DNA of 64,000 bases. It comes from a virus. Of this stretch, positions 1 through 10,060 are shown in pieces (within the stretch, counting starts at the first letter, position 1; every line of letters starts with the position of its first letter). Location of the stretch: positions 63,506 through 127,505 of the IMG/VR virus record IMGVR_UViG_3300037499_000265. One strand, given 5' to 3'. The position numbers were made by a program, and so were the translations under genes. Below the pieces are notes generated by a model that saw only the letters and a list, made by a program, of their open reading frames with translations, did not search any database and had not been told where the DNA came from.

Positions 1-858
1 GGTCCAAGTCTTACCGGTGGTGTCAGTGAAGGATGCCGCGTCGATGGGTGCAAGCGCAGGAAACGGATCAGTAACCACAACTCCGTCGATGCCGTTGCGG
101 ATCTCCGCGGCGTGTATCGTCCCCGCGAACGGCCGCCCGGTCCCACCGTCCACGGCGGCCAGGGAAGCCTCAGCGGTGCCACTGAAAATGGTGGTGGCCC
201 CGGCGGTGGTGACCACCGATCCGAGCTGTGTCCACGACCCGGTGATGGCATCGGCGGTATAGAAGGTGACGTCATTCCCGGCCGCCCCGTTATCAGCGTC
301 GAGGGTGGCCCGGACGGCCAGCTTTCCGCTGGTGATCGGGACTGAGACCGTCGACATGGGCAGAACCGAATTCGCCCCAGTGGTTGACCAGAACAGCGAC
401 AGCCGGCCGTCATTCTCAACCCCTAAGAAGTACGATCGCTGGCCCCCGGTCGTAACCCACTTCCCGAGGAGTGTAGCCCGCACACCATCCGGCGCGGCAG
501 CGGTCCAGTCGTCGATGGTGACTTCGGCCCGGACGTCGAGATCCCCGATGATATCGAGCGAGGCATCGTCGGGAGTGGTGGCATAGTCGCCCGACGTGCC
601 GTCAGTGACCAAGCCGCCAGGGGCAAGATTCCCATCCTCCTCGATGGCGTAAAAGTAGGTGCTGCCGGGATCGAGCGCGCTGGCCGCGATGTCTACGACA
701 CCCTGGGCAGTCGGGGTGTCCGGTCCGAACATTGTCGGGTTACCAAAGTGCGGGTCAGTATCGACTGCCAATTGGGCGCTGGTGACCCCGGTCAGTTTGG
801 CATTGACCCGCAGACCGTCGTGGGTGAGCCCACCACCCCACAGGTTGATCACCGTCAT
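1..858 (-). CDS. Tail-associated protein, partial (runs off the left edge): N-terminal Fn3/PhoD-N-like segment followed by a LamG/concanavalin-like domain
   Basis: Absent from the ORF track. The ATG at 858 overlaps the TGA of 855..2201 (ATGA). My manual translation MTVINLWGGGLTHDGLRVNAKL...ALDPGSTYFYAIEEDG...DYATTPDDASLDIIGDLDVRAEV...GKWVTTGGQRSYFLGV is open to base 1. Confidence 0.7.
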   Translation of the reverse strand, partial: MTVINLWGGGLTHDGLRVNAKLTGVTSAQLAVDTDPHFGNPTMFGPDTPTAQGVVDIAASALDPGSTYFYAIEEDGNLAPGGLVTDGTSGDYATTPDDASLDIIGDLDVRAEVTIDDWTAAAPDGVRATLLGKWVTTGGQRSYFLGVENDGRLSLFWSTTGANSVLPMSTVSVPITSGKLAVRATLDADNGAAGNDVTFYTADAITGSWTQLGSVVTTAGATTIFSGTAEASLAAVDGGTGRPFAGTIHAAEIRNGIDGVVVTDPFPALAPIDAASFTDTTGKTWT

Positions 859-2201
859 GGCATCGGGATGATCTGCAGCGCCCGGTGAAAGGCTTCAGCG
901 TTCGTCGAAGTGACCCGGTGTTCTAGGCGGCAGTTGTACTCATTCCCTGCGGTGAGCCCGGACAACAGGTAGGAACAGCCGGAGCGGTTCCGAGCACCAC
1001 CCTCGTCCACACCGATCTCGGATCGGGAGGCTCGCCGTGAGTTGTTGTCCGCTGCGGCCAGCACTACGGTTCCTGATCCGATCACGTTTCCGGTGCGCAC
1101 AGCTGGTGACATGTAGGCGACGTTGGCGACCTCGGACGGCTTGTCAAGCACGGTGTTCCACAGAATCAACACTCGCCCGGAAACCGGGGCAGTGAACACC
1201 ACCGCGCAGTTCTGGAACGTGCCGCCCGACGTACCGATGCCAAATGAAGTGTTCGTGAAGGTGAACAAGCTCACGCTGTCGAAGTTCTGTACCGCCGGGG
1301 GCGACGCGCCCGGCCCGCCGATCGGCGCCCACGCTGACCCGTCCCACACTTCCATCACATCGTCATCTCGCCGGTAGCGGACCATGCCGTGGTAACGACC
1401 AGCGTCTGGACCCTCGGTATTGTCCCGCACCGGCAGCACACCACCGGACGCGACTGTGTACTGCGCCAGAGTGGAGATTGCCGGAGCAGGCGTGCCACCC
1501 GACCCGACCAAGATAGTCGCCAATCGTAAGCTGTTCGCCGTCACCGCCGGTGCGTCCGGTGAACCAGCTGGCGTACCTGCCACGTATACCACGCGGGCGC
1601 GACGGAACCCGGACGCGTCCTCGTCATCGTCCTGAATCTGAAGATCGAGTGCGTCGATGCGGTCGTTCGTTCCATCAGCCGGGTCCAAGCTGCCGGATTC
1701 CGACGGGTGCTGTACCCGATACGGACCCGACAAGGAAGTTAAACCTGGGTACACAACGGCGGTCAGGTTCTCCACCGTCCATGTCGTTCCCGCTAGCGTG
1801 ACCGGCGCCGTCGAATGCGGCCGTACTCCCTGTCGGGCACCGAACTCGTCAGCGTGGCCCGCGTATAGCAGCGTCGAATCGACGCGGCGCAGCTCGATCG
1901 CCGAGTAGTACGGCACCCGCGTGTACACGTCCGCGCCGCTGGCTGACCCAAACGTGATGATCTCGTCACCGAGCGCGGACACCAAATCGAACGTGTCCGT
2001 GGCGCTGTTCACCACGAAATAGGTCGTGTCCTCGCGAAGCACAGCCGCAGCGCCACCAGTCAGTGTGTCCACCTCGACCGGCTGACCATCGTTCAGGCCG
2101 TGCGCGACAATCGTGAACGTGCCGTCGGTGGCGATCGTGGCAGTTCCGACAGAGTCACCGCGACCGGCGTTAACCCAACTTGGATCAGACATCAGAACCA
2201 C
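855..2201 (-). CDS. Minor tail / tail fibre-like protein
   Basis: Lies directly after the distal tail gene. It carries a DRIDALDLQIQDD...RARVVYVAGTP segment and a YHGMVRYRRDDDVMEVWDGSAW fibre-like motif typical of actinophage minor tail proteins. Confidence 0.7.
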   Translation of the reverse strand: MVLMSDPSWVNAGRGDSVGTATIATDGTFTIVAHGLNDGQPVEVDTLTGGAAAVLREDTTYFVVNSATDTFDLVSALGDEIITFGSASGADVYTRVPYYSAIELRRVDSTLLYAGHADEFGARQGVRPHSTAPVTLAGTTWTVENLTAVVYPGLTSLSGPYRVQHPSESGSLDPADGTNDRIDALDLQIQDDDEDASGFRRARVVYVAGTPAGSPDAPAVTANSLRLATILVGSGGTPAPAISTLAQYTVASGGVLPVRDNTEGPDAGRYHGMVRYRRDDDVMEVWDGSAWAPIGGPGASPPAVQNFDSVSLFTFTNTSFGIGTSGGTFQNCAVVFTAPVSGRVLILWNTVLDKPSEVANVAYMSPAVRTGNVIGSGTVVLAAADNNSRRASRSEIGVDEGGARNRSGCSYLLSGLTAGNEYNCRLEHRVTSTNAEAFHRALQIIPMP

Positions 2202-3076
2202 GCATCCCTATATTCGACTGTCAACGTTCCCGACCCATCAGAGGCCGCGAACCGGATCTCAGAAGTGCCAGGCGGCAACAACGGCCATCCGTTCTGAACC
2301 ACTGTCTGTCCCCGCTGCGATGCCTGCGGCAGGCCGTTCAAGAGTACTGTGCGAGCGGCCGTATCCACATCCAACCACTGCCCTGTCTCGATCTCCAGTA
2401 AGAACCGGAGAGTCTGTACCAACCCGTCAGAACGCTGCAGTGTCACACTCGGCTCACTCAGCGGTCCATCTAAGCGCAGACGCAAACCCGTCAGCGCGGT
2501 GCCAGCGTTGACCAGCGTCGCACCGCCGCCGATACGATTGGTCTCGATCAGGAACGGAACCAGCAACGGCACAGACATGCCGCTGATATAGATCGGAAGT
2601 GGGATCACGCCAGTGGTGTGTAGCTCACCGGAGTAGACCAGTGGGTCGAGGGCGACGAAAGCGGCATTACTCACCGAACGTCCTGATCTGATGAGCCGCA
2701 GGTTGGACTCGACCATCCTGGGCCGACCGAACAGGATGAACTCTGACCCGCCCATCTCGAAGCGCAGTTCGATATTGGTGAGAACATCAGCGATGGGGGC
2801 GAACGCAGCCATCAGCTGTTGGTGAGCTTGCAGCCATGCCGCAGTCGAGTCGATCCCGGACGGACCAGACGACGCGTTGATAAAGATCCGCAGTGGGACG
2901 ACGGCCTCTTCTTGCCACTCCGCCCCCGACCACGACCCGTGATCCCACGCTCGTGGGCCGGTCTGATCAGCACGTACGGTTCTGTTGAAAGGGTTGGTGT
3001 CCATCACCACCAAGTACTCGGTGTTCTCACCCATGACCAGATCCCTGATCTGGTACTGACCCGGCAGTAGCGCCAT
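2192..3076 (-). CDS. Distal tail protein (Dit-like)
   Basis: 294 aa, immediately downstream of the tape measure gene. It has a FVALDPLVYS motif and a C-terminal WPLLPPGTSEIRF...VEYRDAW signature. Confidence 0.8.
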   Translation of the reverse strand: MALLPGQYQIRDLVMGENTEYLVVMDTNPFNRTVRADQTGPRAWDHGSWSGAEWQEEAVVPLRIFINASSGPSGIDSTAAWLQAHQQLMAAFAPIADVLTNIELRFEMGGSEFILFGRPRMVESNLRLIRSGRSVSNAAFVALDPLVYSGELHTTGVIPLPIYISGMSVPLLVPFLIETNRIGGGATLVNAGTALTGLRLRLDGPLSEPSVTLQRSDGLVQTLRFLLEIETGQWLDVDTAARTVLLNGLPQASQRGQTVVQNGWPLLPPGTSEIRFAASDGSGTLTVEYRDAWF

Positions 3077-3088
3077 CTCACACCTCCC

Positions 3089-6000
3089 TCAGACCGCACC
3101 GTGCATGGCTAGTTCGTCCTCGATCTGTCGAAGCGAGAATCGATCATTGAACGCCCGAACGTTCAGATTCTCTACTGTGATCCCTTCCGAACTCGAACTT
3201 GCGATCGAGACTCTCGATCGCTCCGCATCGTTGTTCAGCGCCGCCTGTGTCTGGGCGACGATGCCACCATCGGCCATCGGGTGCAGCTGGTACCCGAACT
3301 CTCTCGCCGTTCGCTCGAGGATCTTCTTAGCCCTCGGGCGCTTACCCGGAGCCCACGGGATGTAGGACTCGGCGTGGGTCTCAGGCTCTGCCCAGAAGAT
3401 GTTCGACCCGCCCTTGGCCACCATCGGCGCGCGACGGGCGAGCGCGCCACCGGCGGCTGCGATAAGACGACCGTGGGGCGCAGCGATAAGACCTTTGGCA
3501 CCAGACACGGTGAGGCCGCCCTGCCCGGTGGCACCAGCCACCCGGGTGGTGACGGTGATCGTCTTGCTCTTGATCCCAGCCAGTAGATCCTTGATCGATT
3601 GAAGTCGACTGGTTGCTTGGTCGGTGACACCGACCGTCGGGTTGGCCCGCGCGTTCCTGAGATTCTCGAGTTGACGGTCGACTTCCCGCTTGCGCGCTTG
3701 GAAGATCCGAGTCTCGGCGCGGACCTCGGGGGTGGGCCTCTGACGGTTCAGCTCGGCGAGCTTGGCGTCGATGTCCCGCTTCTCCCGCTCGAGGATCTGC
3801 GGATCCAGTCCGGCTATCGGCGTCGGGTTCTGCGAGTCCAGATCGGCGAGGATAGTGACGACTCTCCGATAGACCGCCTGCGCCTCGGAGTCATCCATGT
3901 CCGCCGTAGCGGTGGCGATGACTGCATCAAGATCGTTAAGGTTTCCACGGTTGGCAACGATCTTGTTGGCGAGATCCGTGTCGTCACCGAACAGTTCGGC
4001 GATGGCCTGGGCGCCGTCTACCTCGGCGAGCCGTGCCTCGGCCGAGTCGAGCGGGTCGTTGAACGGATCCGGGTTGAGGATCAGGTCCACGACCGTCTCG
4101 ATCGGCACCTCCTGCAGGCTGGAGACGATCCCGTCGATCTGTTCCGGAGTGGCGCCGGCGGTTTCGAGCAGGTCGCGGAACTGACCGATCATCGTGTCGT
4201 ACGGCGCCCGTACTTCCTCGGCCGACCCGCCCGACTCAGCGATCGCCAGCGCAGCTGCAGAGGCGTTGTCGAACAGCCGGTCGTAGGTGTCGGCGACGAT
4301 CGCACCGACCTCGGTGGTCTGATCAAGCTTGCCGGTGGAAGCGTCGATAGCGTCGGTCAGGTCGCGATAGACCGTCTTACCCTTTTCAGCGCTGGCGGCG
4401 GTGTCCACCAGGGCGTCGTCGACGTCGCGGAAGCTCTGGTGCATCCGGCGAGTGGCCTCATCGATGTCACGTTCTCCACCCTCGAGAACGGACAGCGCGT
4501 CGTCGAGGGCGCGCGCCTTGTCGTCCGCGCTGGCGAACTCATCCGCCAGCACGCCGATGGCGTCCGACAGGGTCCGGACCTCGGCCGACGTCGTGCCGGC
4601 GGCCGCTGCGATATCGCGGATACGCTGCTGTTCCTCGGCCATGGCCGCGTTCAGCTCGTCGACGAAGCCTCGCAAATCGTTATGCTCAACGGCGGCGTTG
4701 CGGATCTCGTCGGCCAGTTGCGGTGTGATCTGGCCAGTTGCCAGAGCAGTGTTCAGGAACCGTTCCAGTTCGTCTCCGCCAGCCTCCATGGCTGCGGTCA
4801 GGTCTTCCTGGCTGAACTTCAAACCCTCGACACCAGTCACCGCGTCACGTGCGGAGTCGCTGAACTCACGCATGAATCCCGCCGTCTGACGAGCCAGGTT
4901 GCCCTCCATAGCGGCGTTCAGCTCGTCCTGGGCCTGAGCGTTGCCCAGAGCGGCATCGGTCAGCAAAGAGGTCTCAAGGCCGAGTGCGGCAACCGAGTCG
5001 GTCAGCCCACGACTCTCAGCCTCCGATGCGATCCACTCTCGAGACTGCTCGGTGACCGCACCAGTCGCCCGGTCGAGCGTGGAGGCGAAGTCGAGCATCT
5101 TCGCCTGATGCTCCTCCGCAGCTTTCTTGGCATCGAAATGACTCTTGACCAGCAGGCCCAGTCCGACCACCACACCCGTGATGGCCAGGCCCACTCCACC
5201 GCCCAACGCGCCGGCAAGTAGTCCAGCACTGCCCCGCAACGCCCCCAGACCGGCTCCTCCGGCCGCTACCACGGCCTGACGAGCCACAATGCCCAGAGCG
5301 ACCCCTACCTCGCTCAGACGGCCCAGCAGTGGCGTCAGAGCTCGTGTGAAAGCGCCCAAGGTGACGATGTTGAGAGCCTTGCCGAATGCGAGGAACGCGA
5401 TGGTCCATCTGGTGATCTCCCCGACCACCGGCATCGAGATCATCGCTTCTAGGACCTGGAAGGCTGTCCTCAACGTCGAGATGAAAGTCGAGATGGCTCC
5501 GGTCTGAGCCAGAGTCCGGAACAGGTTGGCCACCGAGACGACGAGTTCGTTGAACATTGGCCCCAGCCCGGCGAAAGCGCTACCCATCTCACCGACCGCG
5601 GGCAGCACCTGGAACCGGAGGGTCCGAATGAAAGCGATCAGACTGTCGGAGTTGGATACCAGTCCCCGCCCGACCAGACGGAACATGTCACCGAACAGTC
5701 CGGTCACTTCGATGACCACCGCGCGAGCACGGTCCAGGAAGTCGGCGATCTGGTTCCGACCGGAAACGCTACGAGTGAAGGTCAGCCAGCGTTCGGTGAG
5801 TCCTTCGATCCGGCCCCACAGGTCGAACGCGTCCCGATTGGCGATCCTGAAGGTCTCCGATAGTGCCTGCCGGACGTTAGAGCCGATCCGGCCCAGCTGT
5901 TGGAGGAACTCTCCAGTTCGATGGAACCAGTCGGCGAGCCGACCCGTCTCCTGAGACAGCCGCAGGGTCTCAGACCAGCCTGCGGCCACGTTCGCGACAT

Positions 6001-7300
6001 AGGCAGCGAACTGCTCGGTCAACGGACTCGCGGCCGCGAGCACGGTGACAAGAGCGTCTGCCAGCGATACCGCGGCCCGGCCGAGAGACTCCAGCACGCG
6101 GTTGTTCGACGCCAGGACCGTGCCGAATCGGGCCTGGAAGAACGGATCCTCGCTGAGAGCGGCGAACCGCCTGGAGACGGTGGCCAACACCCTGCCGGTC
6201 TGGGTCAGTTCTGAACTGAGTCGCGGCAGCAGGGCATCCGCGACCCGCTCGATCGATCGGTTGAATGTTTCAAGGGTGACGGCCTGGATGTCCTTGCCCA
6301 GATCACGGAGCCGGTCTCGAGTCTCGTCGAGTCGGTCGTTGAACTTGTCCAGCAACGGACCTTCGGTCTTGAACGCGGTGAAGAGCACACCGAAGCCCTG
6401 TGCGGCAACGGTCAATCCTTGACCGAGAACGGCAAGTGATGCCCCGATAGCTGGCCCCAACGGGGACAGCAGGGAGACCGCCTCACCGACGAAGGCAGCG
6501 ATGATCTTTGACACGCCGGCGAGAGCCGGTGCGAACGCGGCGAGGAAGAACGGCAGGATGGGCAGTCGCCGAATCTCGAACGCCAGCTCACGACCGATGC
6601 TACGACCGAGCCTCTGCCCGATCCGGCGGCCGGTGGAACTGGCTGACGAGATAGCTCGCCGGCCTACCTGCTCGATCGCCTCGAAGGACTCGCGGACCGT
6701 CTTCGTGGTCTCGGTCAGCGCCTTGCGACGCTCCGTGCTCAGCCGTGTGACGACCGAGGAGATACGCTTAGACTCTTTCTGGTATGCCTTAGAAACCCGG
6801 ATCGTATCTTGGATCTCCGCGATTGCGGCATCGCGAGACGACTTCTCTCTGGCCTGTGCACCCAACTCGGCGATTCGTCGCCGTTCTCGCTCGAATTTGG
6901 TATCGAGCTTCAAGGCCTCGGTATGCGCCCGGCCTAGTTGTTGGATGCGCTCACGAACCTCCTTGTTGATCGACTTGGAGATCAGATTGATCCGGCGCTG
7001 CTCGAACTGCCCCTGCATACGGAGTGCCTCGGTGTGCGCCTTGTCGATCTCCCGAGAGGCGAGCTTGCTGGCACTCTTGACCGATTTTGAGACAATGCGC
7101 GCCCATTGAGACCGGTCGAAACCCTGTCCCACCCGGTCGCCGAAACGCTGGCCGAGCTTGTTCCCCTCACGGTCGACATCCCGCCGCGCGTCTTTGGCGC
7201 CCTGCTCGAACCCCCGCCGGATGTCCCGCTTGACGCCTTGGGTAAGAGCCCTAATAGTTACAAATGCCGTACCGACTATGTTATCGGCCAAAAGGGACAC
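3089..7300 (-). CDS. Tape measure protein
   Basis: 1403 aa, Ala-rich and helical, with an N-terminal VGTAFVTIRALT motif and a central hydrophobic stretch. It follows the tail chaperone genes. Confidence 0.92.
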   Translation of the reverse strand: MSLLADNIVGTAFVTIRALTQGVKRDIRRGFEQGAKDARRDVDREGNKLGQRFGDRVGQGFDRSQWARIVSKSVKSASKLASREIDKAHTEALRMQGQFEQRRINLISKSINKEVRERIQQLGRAHTEALKLDTKFERERRRIAELGAQAREKSSRDAAIAEIQDTIRVSKAYQKESKRISSVVTRLSTERRKALTETTKTVRESFEAIEQVGRRAISSASSTGRRIGQRLGRSIGRELAFEIRRLPILPFFLAAFAPALAGVSKIIAAFVGEAVSLLSPLGPAIGASLAVLGQGLTVAAQGFGVLFTAFKTEGPLLDKFNDRLDETRDRLRDLGKDIQAVTLETFNRSIERVADALLPRLSSELTQTGRVLATVSRRFAALSEDPFFQARFGTVLASNNRVLESLGRAAVSLADALVTVLAAASPLTEQFAAYVANVAAGWSETLRLSQETGRLADWFHRTGEFLQQLGRIGSNVRQALSETFRIANRDAFDLWGRIEGLTERWLTFTRSVSGRNQIADFLDRARAVVIEVTGLFGDMFRLVGRGLVSNSDSLIAFIRTLRFQVLPAVGEMGSAFAGLGPMFNELVVSVANLFRTLAQTGAISTFISTLRTAFQVLEAMISMPVVGEITRWTIAFLAFGKALNIVTLGAFTRALTPLLGRLSEVGVALGIVARQAVVAAGGAGLGALRGSAGLLAGALGGGVGLAITGVVVGLGLLVKSHFDAKKAAEEHQAKMLDFASTLDRATGAVTEQSREWIASEAESRGLTDSVAALGLETSLLTDAALGNAQAQDELNAAMEGNLARQTAGFMREFSDSARDAVTGVEGLKFSQEDLTAAMEAGGDELERFLNTALATGQITPQLADEIRNAAVEHNDLRGFVDELNAAMAEEQQRIRDIAAAAGTTSAEVRTLSDAIGVLADEFASADDKARALDDALSVLEGGERDIDEATRRMHQSFRDVDDALVDTAASAEKGKTVYRDLTDAIDASTGKLDQTTEVGAIVADTYDRLFDNASAAALAIAESGGSAEEVRAPYDTMIGQFRDLLETAGATPEQIDGIVSSLQEVPIETVVDLILNPDPFNDPLDSAEARLAEVDGAQAIAELFGDDTDLANKIVANRGNLNDLDAVIATATADMDDSEAQAVYRRVVTILADLDSQNPTPIAGLDPQILEREKRDIDAKLAELNRQRPTPEVRAETRIFQARKREVDRQLENLRNARANPTVGVTDQATSRLQSIKDLLAGIKSKTITVTTRVAGATGQGGLTVSGAKGLIAAPHGRLIAAAGGALARRAPMVAKGGSNIFWAEPETHAESYIPWAPGKRPRAKKILERTAREFGYQLHPMADGGIVAQTQAALNNDAERSRVSIASSSSEGITVENLNVRAFNDRFSLRQIEDELAMHGAV

Positions 7301-7369
7301 CTCCCCACGACGTCGTTCTGACAGGCATCCCTAACATCAACGGCTGTACCAGCATCCTAGCCGGTACGT

Positions 7370-7738
7370 CTAGTTCAGCGGTTGTTCTTTCCAGTCGCCC
7401 GGCAGGACGGTCACCCCGTCGCCGAACGGGTTCTCGCCCGGACCGACGGTCCTCGGCTGAATCGCGGCTCTCTTGCCGCCTCGCCTAGCCGACTGTGGAA
7501 CAGCTGGCGGCGGCGTGGATGACTGCCCGACCTCTCCGGCGATGATGGCTCGGATCTTCTGACGGGCTTCCCGATCTGGATCAACCATGTAGTCCTCGAA
7601 CATCGTGACGGTCAGAGCGAACAGTTCGGCTGCGGTCAGGCTTTCGAGGCGGGGGCCTTGCGTCGCGACGAGCCGGCCTTCGATCCAGAGTCGCTGGGAA
7701 CAGAGCCATTCGAAGAGCTCTGTTCCGGCTCGGTAGGG
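7370..7738 (-). CDS. Tail assembly chaperone, -1 frame C-terminal part (gpGT-like)
   Basis: The frame of track ORF 7370..7603 stays open upstream into the chaperone gene. It reads PYRAGTELFEWLCSQRLWIEGRLVATQGPRLESLTAAELFALTVTMFEDY from CCC TAC at 7738-7733. Confidence 0.7.
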   Translation of the reverse strand, partial: PYRAGTELFEWLCSQRLWIEGRLVATQGPRLESLTAAELFALTVTMFEDYMVDPDREARQKIRAIIAGEVGQSSTPPPAVPQSARRGGKRAAIQPRTVGPGENPFGDGVTVLPGDWKEQPLN

Positions 7739-8064
7739 GTTCCGCCTAGATACTCCTCCGCCAACGAGATCGCGATGTCCATCAGAGTCTCGGGGTCGAC
7801 GAAGTTGTCCTTGTCGGCGAGGAACTTGTTGAACCGCTCCCGATCGTCTTCGACGATCGCGATCTCGAAGAGCTTCTTGATCGCCGCGGCGGCCTCGCCG
7901 GTGTTGTCGGAGTCGATCCCCGCCAGCAAGTCGATCAGATCCACGCCGAGGATCATCGGGATGGCCAGGAATGTCTCTTCCTTGCCTTCGGGGCCGATGT
8001 CAAGTTCGATCGGCTCCATCTCTTCCGACGTCCTAGACGTCCGGAACGTTAACCGCTTACCCAT
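7636..8064 (-). CDS. Tail assembly chaperone (gpG-like)
   Basis: Acidic 142-aa protein upstream of the tape measure gene, with a Ser/Pro-rich tail after EYLGGTPT. Confidence 0.8.
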   Translation of the reverse strand: MGKRLTFRTSRTSEEMEPIELDIGPEGKEETFLAIPMILGVDLIDLLAGIDSDNTGEAAAAIKKLFEIAIVEDDRERFNKFLADKDNFVDPETLMDIAISLAEEYLGGTPTEPEQSSSNGSVPSDSGSKAGSSRRKAPASKA

Positions 8065-8086
8065 GAAAACTCCTCAACTTGTCTTC

Positions 8087-8548
8087 TCAACTCATGGCGA
8101 TTCGAAGGGCTTTGGTCAGGTACTCCTGGGCTGGACTCCCAGGATGTCTGACTCGCTTCAAATAGACAACTCCGCCCGCCTTCACCCAGTAGAAACGCAG
8201 TCGCGAGGCTCGGCGAGGCACGATCGGATATACGCCTCGCCCGCCGTGGACTCCGGTGCCCTCATGATGGAAGATGGCATAGCCGACGATCCGTCCGGTC
8301 GGATTGGCCCCAGCATGTGCCTCGACGTCGCGGTTCGGGGCGAACCGGTGCACGACTCGCAGGCTGCGAGCCAGCCGACCGCTACCGGACCGGCTGGAGA
8401 CGCCGGCGTACTTCTTGCCGATGAACCCACGACCGAGATTCACCGTACGGTCCGCGATGCTGTCGATGTGCCTGCCGACCGGACCCGGCCACGACTTGAA
8501 CACGTAGGTGAAAGCTTGTTCGTGCCAGACCCAGATCAGCTCGGCCAT
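8087..8548 (-). CDS. HK97 gp10-like neck / tail completion protein
   Basis: The start is re-called at ATG 8548 (TGATG overlap with the upstream stop). Motifs: SGRLARSL, YAIFHHEGTG, VRHPGSPAQEYL. Confidence 0.75.
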   Translation of the reverse strand: MAELIWVWHEQAFTYVFKSWPGPVGRHIDSIADRTVNLGRGFIGKKYAGVSSRSGSGRLARSLRVVHRFAPNRDVEAHAGANPTGRIVGYAIFHHEGTGVHGGRGVYPIVPRRASRLRFYWVKAGGVVYLKRVRHPGSPAQEYLTKALRIAMS

Positions 8549-9048
8549 CAGTGCAGCGCGATCGAGGCGAGGAGCCTGGTGGCGTAGTTGTCGCCCTGCG
8601 GCGCGAGGAACTGGATGCTGGCAACGATATGACCCCACCGGTCGCCGATCCGCTTGGCCACCGCCCCTCTGAGTACGGCGGAGTCCTCGCTGGCCTGCTG
8701 GACCTGAGCGGTGAGTATGGCCCTCGGTACGACGCCATTGCTACCGGGTTTGGCGGCGCAACGGATGATGTCGGCATACAGGTTGACAGTCCAGGCCGGC
8801 AACGAATGGTCGTCGTACTGACCGATCCCTAATGGCAGGGCCTCGGGGATTCCGGTGTTCATCGGCGCCAACGCCACCACGACCGAGGGACATGCGTGGA
8901 CGGTCTCGACCATGTCAAGATACTGCGACTCCGGGAGCTCGACATCGAGATCGTCGGCAGCTTCGTTGATGAACGTCAGCAGCCGATCAGCCTCGAAGAA
9001 GACCCGGTCCTTCTCGTCGGGCAGTACGGCGACGGGCTGGACAGTCAT
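8548..9048 (-). CDS. Tail terminator / head-tail joining protein (putative)
   Basis: 166 aa, located in the neck gene cluster and translationally coupled on both sides. Confidence 0.5.
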   Translation of the reverse strand: MTVQPVAVLPDEKDRVFFEADRLLTFINEAADDLDVELPESQYLDMVETVHACPSVVVALAPMNTGIPEALPLGIGQYDDHSLPAWTVNLYADIIRCAAKPGSNGVVPRAILTAQVQQASEDSAVLRGAVAKRIGDRWGHIVASIQFLAPQGDNYATRLLASIALH

Positions 9049-9413
9049 CAGTCGTCTCCGAGGAGTCCCTGGTTCTCCAGGAGCTCAATGATCTCTTTCC
9101 GGTTCAGGCCGGCCCACGACTGGAGAGGCGAGTTGGTCACCTGGGACGCGAACTCTCTCCACGGCTCAGTACCTGACCCCGGTCCCACCCGCGGCGGTGG
9201 CTTGGGAGTGTCGACCTGGACGGCTGGTATCGGCTCCTCCGTCGGCTCCGGAGCCTGCGGAGCTGGGGTCTGGAGGTCTTCAGCGGCGGGCTCGTCAGGC
9301 GTTGGAACGACCGGCTCCGGAACGCTCTGCTCCTGATGTGGTGGACTGACCCTCGCGGGACGGGAAGGGCGCCGAACACGTGGAGCGAATGGGTCGTGGA
9401 TAGCCATGATCAA
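9048..9413 (-). CDS. Small Pro-rich protein with a C-terminal helical WREFA...NRKEIIELLE motif
   Basis: Coupled to both neighbours; the C-terminal module resembles small helical DNA-binding or HeH-type domains. Confidence 0.55.
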   Translation of the reverse strand: MIMAIHDPFAPRVRRPSRPARVSPPHQEQSVPEPVVPTPDEPAAEDLQTPAPQAPEPTEEPIPAVQVDTPKPPPRVGPGSGTEPWREFASQVTNSPLQSWAGLNRKEIIELLENQGLLGDD

Positions 9414-10060
9414 CTTCCTTGTCTCGCTTGACGTCGGCCCGGACGGTAATCGGTAGAGTACACTCTAGCCCTTTTACGAGCCTTGGACGGATTGAAGACA
9501 CTGAGTGCGAAATCGACCTCGGGGATGCCGGTCCGACCGTCGTCAAGAAAATCCATCGGGTCGATCAGGGTCATGTCGATGCCGCGGCTGGAGATCTCCT
9601 TCACCCGAGACGGCAGTCGACACGCGTCTAGGTCGTCGTAGAAGTTGTCGATCTCTTCGGCCAAGATGTCGATGGCGTTCTTGACCTGCTCCGGCGCTTC
9701 GGCGCCGTAGGTGTAGTCGACGATCACCTTGCGACCACAGGCGGGATCCAGTGGGTCGAGCAGTATTCCGATCGGGTCGATACCGGTCCAGACCCACCCA
9801 CTCGAGGCCCACAGCAGGTTCCCGCACTGTCTGGGCAGTTCCAGTATGGTGCCGTTCTTGAGTTCGAAGTCGAGGATTTCCTCACCGCGGACGGTGACAC
9901 TGTCGATCACGATGACCGGTCGGCCGCGCAGATGAATGCTTCGGACCCTGGTCTCGTACTCTTCGACGGCCCTGATCGGCGGCCACACCCATCGACGACC
10001 GAGCAGCTCGTACATCACCCGGTTGGCGACAACGATGGAGTTCCCGGGGTTGACTGGCAC
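9410..10060 (-). CDS. Head-to-tail adaptor
   Basis: GTG start with a GGAGG RBS; contains VIVDYTYG...VKNAIDILAEE and CRLPSRVKEISSRGIDMTL adaptor motifs. Confidence 0.75.
   Translation of the reverse strand: MPVNPGNSIVVANRVMYELLGRRWVWPPIRAVEEYETRVRSIHLRGRPVIVIDSVTVRGEEILDFELKNGTILELPRQCGNLLWASSGWVWTGIDPIGILLDPLDPACGRKVIVDYTYGAEAPEQVKNAIDILAEEIDNFYDDLDACRLPSRVKEISSRGIDMTLIDPMDFLDDGRTGIPEVDFALSVFNPSKARKRARVYSTDYRPGRRQARQGS

Noticed and set aside
1-3076. Diversity-generating retroelement target in the tail fibre genes
   Set aside because: No reverse transcriptase and no template/variable repeat pair differing at adenines was seen in the window.
3599-5221. 540-aa plus-strand ORF, and similar long ORFs at 11802-12932, 14947-16194, 17360-18688 and 44469-46286
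   Set aside because: These are antisense shadows of high-GC genes. They have no RBS or motifs and lie wholly opposite well-supported genes.
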